27,487 nucleotides of DNA. Origin: Planctomycetota bacterium (lineage in GTDB: Bacteria; Planctomycetota; UBA11346). The stretch covers positions 1-27,487 of the forward strand of contig JBBRLJ010000057.1 in NCBI GenBank assembly GCA_038231435.1. Direction: 5' to 3'. The position numbers were made by a program, and so were the translations under genes. Below the pieces are notes generated by a model. That model was not told the DNA's origin, ran no database searches, and saw only the letters and a program-made list of their open reading frames with translations. Shown one piece after another: positions 16,665 to 26,627 of this stretch. Position 1 is the first letter of the stretch. Each line of letters opens with the position of its first letter.

Positions 16665-17726
16665 ATGCGCACTTCCCTCCAGCTCGCTCTCCTCGTACTC
16701 GCCCTCGTCTCGCGCGCATCCGCACTGGACGTCGGCCGAACCGCGCCGGCGCTTGGCGACGTGGAATGGGTGAAGGGCGGGCCGATCGATCTCGGCGATG
16801 CGGGCACAAAGGCCAAGGGAATGACCGTGGTCGAGATGTGGGCGACCTGGTGCGCTCCCTGCCGGCAGAGCATCCCTCACCTCACCGAACTCCAGGCGAA
16901 GCATCCCGGTATCGCCTTCGCGGGCCTGACCAGCGAGGATGCCGAGACGGTGAAGTCGTTCGTGGAGAAGAAGGGCGCCGAGATGGTCTACCACGTTGGC
17001 ATCGTCACCGACGCCACCTGGAACACCTACATGGAGGACGTCGAGGGTCCTCCACGCGCCTACCTGGTGGACGCCGCCGGCACGGTGCTATGGGCGGGGC
17101 ACCCCATGGCGCTCGACCCGGTTCTCGACCAGGTCGAGGACGGCACCTTCGACGCGGCCAAGGCCAAGCGCATCGCCGTGCTCGAGAAGGCCCTCGACGA
17201 GCGGATGCAGCGCATGACCGAGGAGACCTACGACGCGGCCACCCCCGAACTCATCGCCGAGACCGTCGAGATCCTCGCGCTCGACCCCTTCGACGACAAG
17301 GCCATCCAGGTACGCATGCGCATCTCGGAGCACACCCGCGACCGCGCCTTGATGCGCGCCACCTTCGCCACGATGCCGGTCGAGCGCATGACCGCTGACC
17401 GCGCGAACGCCTATGCGTGGAAGCTGGCCACGGACGAAAACCTCGCGAACCGCAACCTCGATCTCGCCTGGGCCTTCGCCCAGCGCGCGGTAGCTGCCGA
17501 TCCTGCCAACGCCTCGTGCGTCGATACCCAAGCGCGCGTGCTCTATGATCTCGGGCTCATCGACCGCGCCATCGCGACCGAGGAGCGCGCGGTGGCGCTC
17601 GACGCTTCCGACACCGGGTATGTCGAGACGCTCGGGTTCTATCGGCAGGTGAAGAGGCAGGTGAAGGAGCAGATGCAGGAGCTCTCGGGCACCCTGCCCG
17701 CAACGGCGGGCGGCACCGCTCCCTGA
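16665..17726 (+). CDS. Exported TlpA-like thioredoxin fused to a TPR-like domain
   Basis: Signal peptide; WATWCAPC; ANAYAW and DTQARVLY...AIATEERAVAL helical repeats. Confidence 0.87.
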   Translation: MRTSLQLALLVLALVSRASALDVGRTAPALGDVEWVKGGPIDLGDAGTKAKGMTVVEMWATWCAPCRQSIPHLTELQAKHPGIAFAGLTSEDAETVKSFVEKKGAEMVYHVGIVTDATWNTYMEDVEGPPRAYLVDAAGTVLWAGHPMALDPVLDQVEDGTFDAAKAKRIAVLEKALDERMQRMTEETYDAATPELIAETVEILALDPFDDKAIQVRMRISEHTRDRALMRATFATMPVERMTADRANAYAWKLATDENLANRNLDLAWAFAQRAVAADPANASCVDTQARVLYDLGLIDRAIATEERAVALDASDTGYVETLGFYRQVKRQVKEQMQELSGTLPATAGGTAP

Positions 17727-17759
17727 GCGTTCCTGCCGAGTCGACGGGGCGGGACTCGC

Positions 17760-18713
17760 CTATCTCGGACGGGGCGCGATGCCCGGTGTGATCCAGGCTG
17801 CGAGATCCGCAGGGATCGGAGCCTGCATCGCCAGACGGCCTCCGGCCGGGTGGGGGATGTCGAGCGTCCAGGCGTGCAGGGCGTGGCGACGCAGCGCCGA
17901 GGGATCGTTCGGCTTGGCGTTGAGCGGCCACTGCGCGGCGCGTCCGTAGATGCCATCGGCCAGCACCGGGTGGCCGAGGTCGGCGAGATGCACGCGGATC
18001 TGGTGGGTGCGTCCGGTGCGTGGTCGTGCCTCGAGCGCCGAGTATCCATCCTTGCGCTCGAGCACGACGAAGCTGGTGTAGGCCTCCTTGGCGCCTTCGG
18101 TCTCGGCCGCGAATGGAGCGCGCTTGCGGAAATCGCGACGGTGCTTGCCGATCCACTTGCTGTTCTCGAGGAAGTCCGCGCGCGGCATGCCCGCAACCAG
18201 GGCGAGGTAGCGCTTGGCCACATCGCGCGCCTTGAAGGCCGCCTGGAGGAAAGTCAGCGCCTCGGGCGTGCGCGCCACGCAGATCAGCCCGCTGGTGTCG
18301 GCATCGAGGCGGTGGACGATGCCAGGGCGCCAGGCTTCGCCGCCCATCGGATGCGTGCCGTAGCGGCCGAGCAGGGCGTTGACCATGGTGCCGCGGATGT
18401 TGCCGATCGCCGGATGCACGACCATGCCGGCGGGCTTGTCGACGATCAGCAGGTGCTCGTCCTCATGGAGGATGGTCAGCGGGATGTCCTCGGCCACCGC
18501 GTCCATGGGTTCGACATCGGGCACTTCGAGGACCACCGACTCGCCACCCTTGAGGAACCGCCCCGCCTTGACGTCGCCGGGAGACACCGAGCAGTGGCCG
18601 TCCTTGATCAGCCGCGAGATCAGGCTGCGCGTGCATCCCTCGAGCCTGGACTCCAACCACACGTCCAGGCGTTGGCCAGCGGCCTCGTTCGGAACCATCA
18701 GTTCATGCAGCAT
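17760..18713 (-). CDS. rluD: RluA-family pseudouridine synthase with S4 domain
   Basis: RLD S4 start, DKPAGMVVHP, HRLDADTSG, TGRTHQIRVH, LHA. Confidence 0.92.
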   Translation of the reverse strand: MLHELMVPNEAAGQRLDVWLESRLEGCTRSLISRLIKDGHCSVSPGDVKAGRFLKGGESVVLEVPDVEPMDAVAEDIPLTILHEDEHLLIVDKPAGMVVHPAIGNIRGTMVNALLGRYGTHPMGGEAWRPGIVHRLDADTSGLICVARTPEALTFLQAAFKARDVAKRYLALVAGMPRADFLENSKWIGKHRRDFRKRAPFAAETEGAKEAYTSFVVLERKDGYSALEARPRTGRTHQIRVHLADLGHPVLADGIYGRAAQWPLNAKPNDPSALRRHALHAWTLDIPHPAGGRLAMQAPIPADLAAWITPGIAPRPR

Positions 18714-18767
18714 GGGATGGTTGTGGCGAGCGCTTCACGGACGCAATTGGCAGAACATGCGAGACGG

Positions 18768-18816
18768 GGATGTGCGGCCTGCGGCGAGCGGCGTGTGGCG
18801 TGTGGCGTGTGGCGAA
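18768..18816. repeat. Degenerate heptamer tandem repeat (YGGCGTG, about 7 units)
   Basis: ggatgtg cggcctg cggcgag cggcgtg tggcgtg tggcgtg tggcgaa. Confidence 0.65.
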
Positions 18817-18989
18817 GAGTGCCGCGAGCACGGCCGGACCATACGGGGGATATTCTCGATGTCCCCCGCACCCCGCACGTCCGTCATCCGCGCCTCGCAC
18901 GCCGCACGTCCGATGGAAAGGCCGCATAGGCTGCCCGGTGAACCATTTGGCGTGGCTGCGACTAGGCCTAGCATCCTCGCGGAGCTTCC

Positions 18990-21900
18990 ATGCCCAGACC
19001 GTCAATGACTCCCGCGGCCGGCGAACGCATGCTGCGCTACGTCGGCGACCGCGTGCGCTTCTCGCTGACGCTCGATGGCCTCGACGGATCGGGGGATGGC
19101 TGGAAGGCCCTGCTGCGCACCAATATCGGGCGCGCCCAGGCGGCGCGGAACGAGATCATCGCCACGCTCGGGGGCGCGCACACTTTCGCCGGATCGTCGT
19201 GGCGCGACATCCCGCTCATCCGCCAGGGTTCGTCGTGGGTGCTCGACCTGCCCCTCACCGAGGTCGGCTGGTTCCGCGCCAAGCCGTACGCCGTCGACCC
19301 GGACGGCAAGCAGCACTGGGCGGATGGCGACGACATCGGCATCAGCGTCCACCCAGATTGCTACCGCACCGCGAACACCATCTACTGCGCCTTCGTGCGC
19401 ATGTTCGGCGACGCCAAGAATGCCCGCGGCACGCGCTTCGCGCCGCTCGACGATCAGCTCGCGGTGCTCGACAAGCACGGCTACACCGTGATACCGCCCT
19501 CGGGCAAGCTGCGCGACCTCGCGCTCCAGATGCCGCACATCGTCTCGACGCTTGGCTGCCGCATCATCCACCTGCTGCCTCTCTGCGCGACGCCGACCAC
19601 CTACGCGCGCTTCGGTCGCTTCGGCAGCCCGTACGCCTGCCAGGATCTCACCGCCATCGACCCAGCGCTCGCAGTCTTCGACAAGCGCACCACCGTGGTC
19701 GACCAATTCCGCGAGGTCACCTTTGCCGCGCACCTGCGGGGCGCGCGCGTATTCCTCGACGTGGTGGTGAACCACACCGGCTGGGGCTCCTGGCTGCAGA
19801 ACGAGCACCCTGAATGGTTCAAGCGCGGCCCGGACGGGACGTTCCACAGTCCGGGAGCCTGGGGCAACACCTGGGAGGATCTGGTCGAACTCGACAACCG
19901 CTTCCCGGCCCTGTGGGAGGAATTCGCCGAGTCGTTCCTGACCTGGTGCCGACGCGGCGTCGATGGCTTCCGTTGCGACGCGGGTTACATGGTGCCGCTG
20001 CCGGCATGGCAGTACGTCACCTCACGCGTTCGCCAAGAGTTCCCCGATACCGTGTTCCTGCTCGAGGGCCTTGGCGGCGCGTGGGAGAGTACCGCATCGC
20101 TGCTCACCGCGGGCGGCATGCAATGGGCGTATTCAGAGCTGTTCCAGAACTACACCGGGCCCGAGGTCTCATCGTACATCGACCACTGCATCACCCAGGG
20201 CCGCCGGCTCGGCGTGCTGGTGCACTACAGCGAGACCCACGACAACGACCGCCTGGCCAAGAAGGGCCGCGCCTGGTCGCTGATGCGCAACCGCCTCGCG
20301 GCGCTGACCTGCCAGAGCGGCGCGTTCGGCTTCACCTGCGGCGTCGAATGGCTGGCGAACGAGAAGCTCGAGGTGCACCAGAACCGCGGCCTGAATTGGG
20401 GCGCCACCGACAACATCGTCGACGAGCTCAGTCAGGTCACCCGCCTGGTCTCCGACCACCCCTGCTTCGTCGATGGCGCGGTGCTCGAGCGCCTCAGTGC
20501 CAGCGACGCGCAGGTGCTGGCGCTCGCGCGCGCCTCGGCTGATGGCCTCGACCAGGTGCTGGTGCTCGCCAACACCGATCCGGCGGTGGCCGGTTCGGCG
20601 ACCATCTCCCTCGATGCCTACCGGCGCCTGGGCGAACCGACCATCGATCTGCTCGGGCAGAAGCTGCCCGCGATCGCGCGCGGCGAGGCCCAGCTCTCGT
20701 TCACCCTGCCGGCGGCCTCGGTGTACTGCCTGTCGGCCCAGGCCGAGCCGCGTGGGCTGTCTGGCGAAGCCTACCGCTGGACGCGGGCGCAAGCCGCGTG
20801 GGCCTATGCGATGCTGCGCGAAGCCGAGCCCGAGGAACACCTCGGACCGTGCGATTGGCGCACCCTGGCGACCTGGGTGAAGGCGGATCCGGTGCGCTTC
20901 CTCTCCGCGATCCAGCACCTCGACCTGCGCCTCGCGCGCATGGGCCTGCTCGAGGCGCTGCAGCAGGCGTGCGAACGCCAGGAACTGCCGCGGGTCGCGC
21001 GCTGGGGCCTATCGGATCTCAATCGCGTGCTGCTGGTCCCGCCCGAGCACTGGCTGCTGGTCCGCGACAAGGTGCCGTTCAGCGCCACCCTGCGCATCGC
21101 CGGCGGCGCGCGGCGTCACGCCCGCTCGCTGCTGGTCGACGAAGGCCACATCGCCTGCTTCCCGGCGGCTGAAGATGCCGGCGACGCAGAGCTCATGCTC
21201 GAGCGCTTCACCGACGAAGGCCGCCAAGTCACCGGCGCGATCCGTTTCCTGGCCGAGCGCCCGCAACCGATCGCCACGCGGCCGCAGAGCGGCATGGCGC
21301 TCTTGACCAACGGTATCGGCGGCATGGCGCGCCTCGCCGTGGATCTCGGCACGATCACTTCGAAATACGATTGCCTGCTCGGCGCCAATCTGCACCCGAG
21401 CGCACCAAGCGACCGCCACGTGCTCGCCAAGCGGGTACGGGTGTGGGTGAACGCTGACGGCTTCATCACCCCGCTCGATGGGGACAACCTCGCGTCGTTC
21501 GAAGACGGCCCGCCGGCCTCGTGGACGTTCGTCGCCGCCGCTGGCGATGGCCAGACTGTGCAGATCCGGCTCGAGGTCGACATGCTCGAAGGCCGCAACG
21601 CCACGGTGCTGCGCTTCTCGCGTGGATTGGACGCGCCGCTGTGGGGCACGGATCTGCCGGACCATTGCGATGTGCGCCTGGTGGTGCGCGTGGACATCGA
21701 GGATCGCTCGTTCCATGCCGAGACGCGGCGCAATCCGGGCAGCGAAAGCCATTTCGCCGAGCATACGGCGGGGCTCGCCGACCGCGCCGGGTTCGTGTTC
21801 TCCCCGGCCGCCGACCGCTCCCTGCGGGTTTGGGCCGATCGCGGCCGCTACAGCCATGAAGGCGAATGGACCGAGGGAATCCCGCATCCCATCGAAGGCA

Positions 21901-23306
21901 GCCGCGGGCTGCCGGCCTCCGGGGACGCGTACAGCCCGGGCTGGTTCGAGCTGCCGCTCGGCCGCGGCGCGGCGGTGACGCTGGTCGCCTGCGCCGATCG
22001 CACCGACCCCGACCAGGAAACGATCGATGAGTTCTCGAGCGCGCGCACGCGCCGCAACATCGCGGCGATCGAGCGCGCGAAATTCCCCACCGACGACGTG
22101 TTTGGCCTGGATCTCGCGCTCGCCTCGCAGGCCTATGTCGTCCGCCGCGATGGCGGACGCACGGTCATCGCCGGCTATCCCTGGTTCCTCGATTGGGGTC
22201 GCGACACGCTGATCGCCGCGCGCGGGTTGCTCTCGGTAGGCATGGCCGACGACGTCGCGCGCATCCTCGGCACCTTCGGCCGCTTCGAGGACCGCGGCAC
22301 GCTGCCGAACATGCTCAATGGCGACGACGCCTCGAATCGCGACACCGTCGACGCGCCGCTGTGGTACGCGATCGTCTGCGAGGAGCTCGCCGCGTCCGCC
22401 GGAGACACGGTCTACGACCTGCCGGTCGACGCCAGCGGGCGCGACTTGCGCCACGTGCTGCGCTCGATCGCCATCGGATACCTCCAGGGCACCGCGAACG
22501 GGATCCGCGTCGATACGCCCTCGGCATTGGTGTGGAGCCCCCCTCATTTCACCTGGATGGACACCAATTATCCGGCCTGCACCCCGCGCGAAGGCTACGC
22601 GATCGAGATCCAGGTGCTGTGGATCCGCCTGCTGCGCCAGCTCGAACGGCTGCGCATCGAGCCGCACCAGGAGCCCTGGTGGGCGCTCGCCGACCGCGCG
22701 CAGAATTCGCTCGGCCGCTACTGGCTCGAGGATCGCGGCTACTACGGCGACCTGCTCATCGCCCCGCCCGGCACGCCGGCGGCGAAAGCGGTGCTCGACA
22801 ACGCGCTGCGCTCGAACCATCTCTTCGCGGTCAGCCTTGGCGTGGTCACCGGCGAGCGTGCCCGCCGCTGCACGGCCGCCGCGCTGCGCTTCCTGGTCGT
22901 GCCCGGGGCGCTGCGCAGCCTCGCGCCGCTGCCGGTGTCACCGCCACTGCCCATCCACGGCGGCGACGGACGTCTGCTCAACAATCCCTCGGAACCCTAC
23001 TGGGGCCATTACGAGGGCGATGAGGACACTGCGCGCAAGCCCGCGTACCACAACGGCACCGCCTGGACATGGACCTTCCCGGTTTTCTGCGAAGCCCTGG
23101 CGCGCGCGTGGGACTTCTCGCCCGCGGCGCTCGCCGCGGCGAAGGCCTACCTCGGCAGCCAGGACCGCCTGCTTTCGGAGGGATGCATCGGCCAGCTGCC
23201 CGAATTGGTAGACGGCAGCGCGCCGCACGCCCAGCGCGGCTGCGACGCCCAGGCCTGGGGCGTGACCGAGGCGCTGCGGGTATGGAAGCTGCTGGGATCG
23301 CGGTAG
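18990..23306 (+). CDS. Multidomain glycogen debranching enzyme: GH13 catalytic domain + GDE N-terminal domain + amylo-alpha-1,6-glucosidase (GH133)
   Basis: GH13 regions DVVVNH, GFRCDAG, FLLEG, ETHDN; LTNGIGG; IAGYPWFLDWGRDT, TWMD, YHNGTAW, CDAQAW. Confidence 0.92.
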   Translation: MPRPSMTPAAGERMLRYVGDRVRFSLTLDGLDGSGDGWKALLRTNIGRAQAARNEIIATLGGAHTFAGSSWRDIPLIRQGSSWVLDLPLTEVGWFRAKPYAVDPDGKQHWADGDDIGISVHPDCYRTANTIYCAFVRMFGDAKNARGTRFAPLDDQLAVLDKHGYTVIPPSGKLRDLALQMPHIVSTLGCRIIHLLPLCATPTTYARFGRFGSPYACQDLTAIDPALAVFDKRTTVVDQFREVTFAAHLRGARVFLDVVVNHTGWGSWLQNEHPEWFKRGPDGTFHSPGAWGNTWEDLVELDNRFPALWEEFAESFLTWCRRGVDGFRCDAGYMVPLPAWQYVTSRVRQEFPDTVFLLEGLGGAWESTASLLTAGGMQWAYSELFQNYTGPEVSSYIDHCITQGRRLGVLVHYSETHDNDRLAKKGRAWSLMRNRLAALTCQSGAFGFTCGVEWLANEKLEVHQNRGLNWGATDNIVDELSQVTRLVSDHPCFVDGAVLERLSASDAQVLALARASADGLDQVLVLANTDPAVAGSATISLDAYRRLGEPTIDLLGQKLPAIARGEAQLSFTLPAASVYCLSAQAEPRGLSGEAYRWTRAQAAWAYAMLREAEPEEHLGPCDWRTLATWVKADPVRFLSAIQHLDLRLARMGLLEALQQACERQELPRVARWGLSDLNRVLLVPPEHWLLVRDKVPFSATLRIAGGARRHARSLLVDEGHIACFPAAEDAGDAELMLERFTDEGRQVTGAIRFLAERPQPIATRPQSGMALLTNGIGGMARLAVDLGTITSKYDCLLGANLHPSAPSDRHVLAKRVRVWVNADGFITPLDGDNLASFEDGPPASWTFVAAAGDGQTVQIRLEVDMLEGRNATVLRFSRGLDAPLWGTDLPDHCDVRLVVRVDIEDRSFHAETRRNPGSESHFAEHTAGLADRAGFVFSPAADRSLRVWADRGRYSHEGEWTEGIPHPIEGSRGLPASGDAYSPGWFELPLGRGAAVTLVACADRTDPDQETIDEFSSARTRRNIAAIERAKFPTDDVFGLDLALASQAYVVRRDGGRTVIAGYPWFLDWGRDTLIAARGLLSVGMADDVARILGTFGRFEDRGTLPNMLNGDDASNRDTVDAPLWYAIVCEELAASAGDTVYDLPVDASGRDLRHVLRSIAIGYLQGTANGIRVDTPSALVWSPPHFTWMDTNYPACTPREGYAIEIQVLWIRLLRQLERLRIEPHQEPWWALADRAQNSLGRYWLEDRGYYGDLLIAPPGTPAAKAVLDNALRSNHLFAVSLGVVTGERARRCTAAALRFLVVPGALRSLAPLPVSPPLPIHGGDGRLLNNPSEPYWGHYEGDEDTARKPAYHNGTAWTWTFPVFCEALARAWDFSPAALAAAKAYLGSQDRLLSEGCIGQLPELVDGSAPHAQRGCDAQAWGVTEALRVWKLLGSR

Positions 23307-23317
23307 GATACCCGGAC

Positions 23318-23896
23318 ATGGCAGCGGCGAACGTCTCGGTCACCATCACCAACAGCGGCGTCGTCCAGGACTGGCCGGAAGGCTTCGCCAACGCCCTGCC
23401 CAGCGAGCCCTGGCTGGTGGTGCACTGCTACCCCAAGCAGGAGAAGAAGCTGATCGGCGCGTTGCGCGACAAGCGCATACCCGGCTGCATCTTCTTTCAA
23501 CGCCGCGTCCGCCACTATCCCGGCAAGGGCAAGCAGACCAGCCTGGTACCGCTGCTCGGCGGCTATGTGTTCGTCTCGACCGGCATCGAACGCAAGGACG
23601 ACATCTACGCCACGCGGCGCGTGGTGCGCATCATCGACGTCTCGCAGCCGAAAGAGCTCGCCCGCGATCTCGGCAACCTCTGTGCGCTGATGAATCGCGC
23701 CACCACCGAGCTGGTGGTGAGGCCCGAGATCGTGCCGGGCAAGCGCATCGCCATCACCGAAGGCGTCTTCGCCGGCTGCTCGGGCGTGGTGGCCCGCCGC
23801 CAGAACCAGCTCGAACTGGTGGTGAACATCGAGCTGCTGGGCACCTCGGTATCCGTCACCCTACCCGCTGAAATGGCCGAGCTCGCTACCTCCTGA
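23318..23896 (+). CDS. NusG paralog (RfaH/UpxY-like transcription antiterminator)
   Basis: WLVVHCYPKQEKK, PLLGGYVFV, KOW motif GKRIAITEGVFAGCSGVV; AGGA upstream. Confidence 0.88.
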   Translation: MAAANVSVTITNSGVVQDWPEGFANALPSEPWLVVHCYPKQEKKLIGALRDKRIPGCIFFQRRVRHYPGKGKQTSLVPLLGGYVFVSTGIERKDDIYATRRVVRIIDVSQPKELARDLGNLCALMNRATTELVVRPEIVPGKRIAITEGVFAGCSGVVARRQNQLELVVNIELLGTSVSVTLPAEMAELATS

Positions 23897-23904
23897 TCTA
23901 TGAT

Positions 23905-24042
23905 GTCGAGCAGCGCGCAGCGCCGGCTTCCATCCCCTCCTACCGCTGGCTTCCTGGGGGGCAGGCGGCGTAAGGCCCCGGTCGGTAGGGGCAGCGCGAT
24001 GTTGGGGGGCCGTAGGCCCCAACTAAAAGCCCCAACTAAGAG
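23905..24042. repeat. Palindromic repeat family B, copy 2
   Basis: Homologous to 2027-2144 with a longer central segment; overlaps the cysH stop codon. Confidence 0.85.
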
Positions 24043-24740
24043 CTCTTGTGGAGCCCGCATTCCTTCTTCGTCGCGTCCTCCCACCACCAGCGGCCCTCGC
24101 GCTCGTGCTGGCTCGGCACGATCGGGCGGGTGCAGGGCTCGCAGCCGATCGAGACGAAACCTCGGGCGTGGAGCTCGTTGAAGGGCAGCTCGAGCGCGCG
24201 GATCGTCGTCCACACCTCGTCGCGGCTGGTGTTGGCGAGCGGATTGAACTTCATCAGCTCGGCCCCGTCCTTGCCGGTGAACGAGCCATCGACCTGGACG
24301 ACCGGTACCGCGCTGCGGGTCGGACTCTGGTCGCGGCGCTGGCCGGTGATCCAGGCGGCGAGCCCGCGCAGCTGCCGGCGCAGCGGCTCGACCTTGCGGA
24401 TGCCGCAGCACTCCTGATGGCCGTCCTGGTAGAAGCTGAACATGCCCTTGGCGCGTACCATCCGCTCCACCGCCTCGGCCTCGGGGAAGCAGTACTCGAT
24501 GCGCAGCTTGAAGAATTCCTCCACCTTGGCGAAGAAGCGGTAGGTCTCGGGATGCAGGCGGCCGGTATCCAGACTGAAGACCCGGAACGGCTGGCCGGTC
24601 TGGCGCGCCAGCTCGAGCAGCACCACGTCCTCGGCGCCGCTGAAGCTGATCGCGCAGTCGTTCTTGTACTGCATGAGCGCGCTGCCGATGATCTCGACCG
24701 GCGAGGCGTTGGCCAAATGCTGCTGGAGGTCTTCGATCAT
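24036..24740 (-). CDS. cysH: Assimilatory APS reductase (CysH family, Fe-S type)
   Basis: [39 protein letters not shown]. Confidence 0.95.
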   Translation of the reverse strand: MIEDLQQHLANASPVEIIGSALMQYKNDCAISFSGAEDVVLLELARQTGQPFRVFSLDTGRLHPETYRFFAKVEEFFKLRIEYCFPEAEAVERMVRAKGMFSFYQDGHQECCGIRKVEPLRRQLRGLAAWITGQRRDQSPTRSAVPVVQVDGSFTGKDGAELMKFNPLANTSRDEVWTTIRALELPFNELHARGFVSIGCEPCTRPIVPSQHEREGRWWWEDATKKECGLHKSS

Positions 24741-24913
24741 CGTGCTCTCACGTGCGAACTTTGACCCACACGTGCGGAGTGCGACGTGCGGCGACAGAGG
24801 ACGATAGTGAGGCTATGCCCGGGGTCGTGGCTTCAATTCGCAATGCTCCGCACACCACGGTGTCAGGATGCGGTTGTCAGACGCTGCGCCCCGCACACCG
24901 CACGACCGCTGTT

Positions 24914-25528
24914 CTACAGCAGATTTTCGCCCTGTTCCCCAGCCACGCCCTCGAGCGAGGTGCGCAGCCGACGCAGAGCGTGGAACATGCGGCTGCGTAG
25001 CGTGCCCAGGCTGATGCCGCCGAGGATCGCCGAGGCCTCGTCGTAGTTCTTCTCCTGGAAGATGATCAGCTCGATGATTTCCCGGTAGATCTGCGGCAGC
25101 TCGGCGAGGGCCTTGGCGAGATGCTGATTCGATTCGCGGCTGGCGAGAGCGGTCTCGATCGCCACCCCGGGCGAGCCGGTGTTCACCGCCACGCTGTCGT
25201 TCTCGTCGTCGTGGTCGAGATCGCTGAACGAGACCATGACCTTGCGGTTGCGCGACTGCAGGTAGTCGATCGCGGCATTGCGCGCGATGGTGTAGAACCA
25301 GGTGGTGAACCGGCGCTTGATGTCGAAGCGGTCCACGTGCTCGAAGACGCGCATGAACACGTCCTGGGCGATGCAGGCGGATTCCTCGTAATTGCGCGTG
25401 ATCTGGTAGATGTAGGCGAGGATCGGACGCTGGTAGCGCTGGTAGAGGATTTCGAAGGCCGAGAAATCGCCGTCCTGGCAGCGTGCCACCAGGGTCTCGT
25501 CGCTCTCCTCGCCTGGAGGTGTCAGCAC
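24914..25528 (-). CDS. ECF-family RNA polymerase sigma factor
   Basis: AFEILYQRY, QDVFMR, TWFYTIARN, GTLRSRMFHALRRLR. Confidence 0.92.
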   Translation of the reverse strand: MLTPPGEESDETLVARCQDGDFSAFEILYQRYQRPILAYIYQITRNYEESACIAQDVFMRVFEHVDRFDIKRRFTTWFYTIARNAAIDYLQSRNRKVMVSFSDLDHDDENDSVAVNTGSPGVAIETALASRESNQHLAKALAELPQIYREIIELIIFQEKNYDEASAILGGISLGTLRSRMFHALRRLRTSLEGVAGEQGENLL

Positions 25529-25612
25529 GCGTGTAGAGTAGGAGCGCGCGAGTTCATCGCCAGCCCCCTGGATCTTTTCACCCAGGGATGACGCCTCGAA
25601 TGCCGCACAGGT

Positions 25613-26539
25613 TCAACGCGGCTTGGGGAGTACCGTAGCCTCTATCAGGATGCCGTCGCCCGGCCGCACCGGCTCGCGGAAAGCCAGCCGCCGCGTTTCG
25701 GCGATGAACGGCACGCCGCCATCGTCGGTCAGGACCAGGTCGCGCACGTCGAGGATCTCGGCGCCCGTATCGCGTTTGATGGTGCACTGGGCGACCACCG
25801 GGCCGCTCAGCCCGAACAGGCAGCGCGCCAACCATACCGCGTCGGCGGCCGCTCCCCACTGGGTCACGCCCATCATCAGCGGCGCGCCGGGGAAATGCCC
25901 GGGGACGAAGGGATGGTCGGTCGGGTAGACGTAGGAGCAGACGATCTTGCCGGTGGCCTTGTCCGCCGAGACCAGCCGGTCGATGAAACGGATTCGCGCG
26001 TCCTTCCAGGTGAACAGCGCGGGGTCGATGGCGGTGCCCTGGATGCCGCCGGCGAACGGCTTCACCGGCGCCGAGGCGATGTCGCTGAGCTTCGCGGCGC
26101 CCGACATGACCTCGGCCTCGAGGATGGTGCGGCCATTGGCCTCGGCGCGGGTGGCGTACTGGGTGAACCCGCTGCGTTGGCGGGTGATCGAGGCATGCCC
26201 GATGACCTCGTCGTCGATGCCGGGCAGGAAGCTGTAGGCGATCTTGCTGATCATGCTGAAGACGCTGACCTGGCCGAGCGGCGCCAGCTGCTCGTACATC
26301 AGGCACACGCCGGTGAGCGCCATCAACTCAGCCAGGAATGGCTCGGCCCAGCACGGCTGGCCATGCGCGTCGCGGCGCGTGAGGATGGTGCGCCCACGGG
26401 TGTCGTCGCGGCCGATGCGCGTGCGCGAGCGCGAGACGGTGCGCTCGTGGTTGGTCCACACCTCGTCGACGTACAGGTTGACGCCGCGGTGCGGCAGGTA
26501 GCCCTTCAGGGCCTCATTGTCGAGGGTCAGTTCAGGCAT
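25613..26539 (-). CDS. Tandem (double hotdog) FabZ/FabA-like dehydratase
   Basis: LPHRGVNLYVD in the first half; FIDR, GHFPGAPLMMGV and FREPVRPGD in the second half. Confidence 0.8.
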   Translation of the reverse strand: MPELTLDNEALKGYLPHRGVNLYVDEVWTNHERTVSRSRTRIGRDDTRGRTILTRRDAHGQPCWAEPFLAELMALTGVCLMYEQLAPLGQVSVFSMISKIAYSFLPGIDDEVIGHASITRQRSGFTQYATRAEANGRTILEAEVMSGAAKLSDIASAPVKPFAGGIQGTAIDPALFTWKDARIRFIDRLVSADKATGKIVCSYVYPTDHPFVPGHFPGAPLMMGVTQWGAAADAVWLARCLFGLSGPVVAQCTIKRDTGAEILDVRDLVLTDDGGVPFIAETRRLAFREPVRPGDGILIEATVLPKPR

Positions 26540-26627
26540 CGCGACACCTTGGAGATCTTCCCCGGCAGCTCAAGGATGATCGCCGCCCACCGTGGCTTCC
26601 GCCGAGGATTGCCGCGCGGTCGACGCA

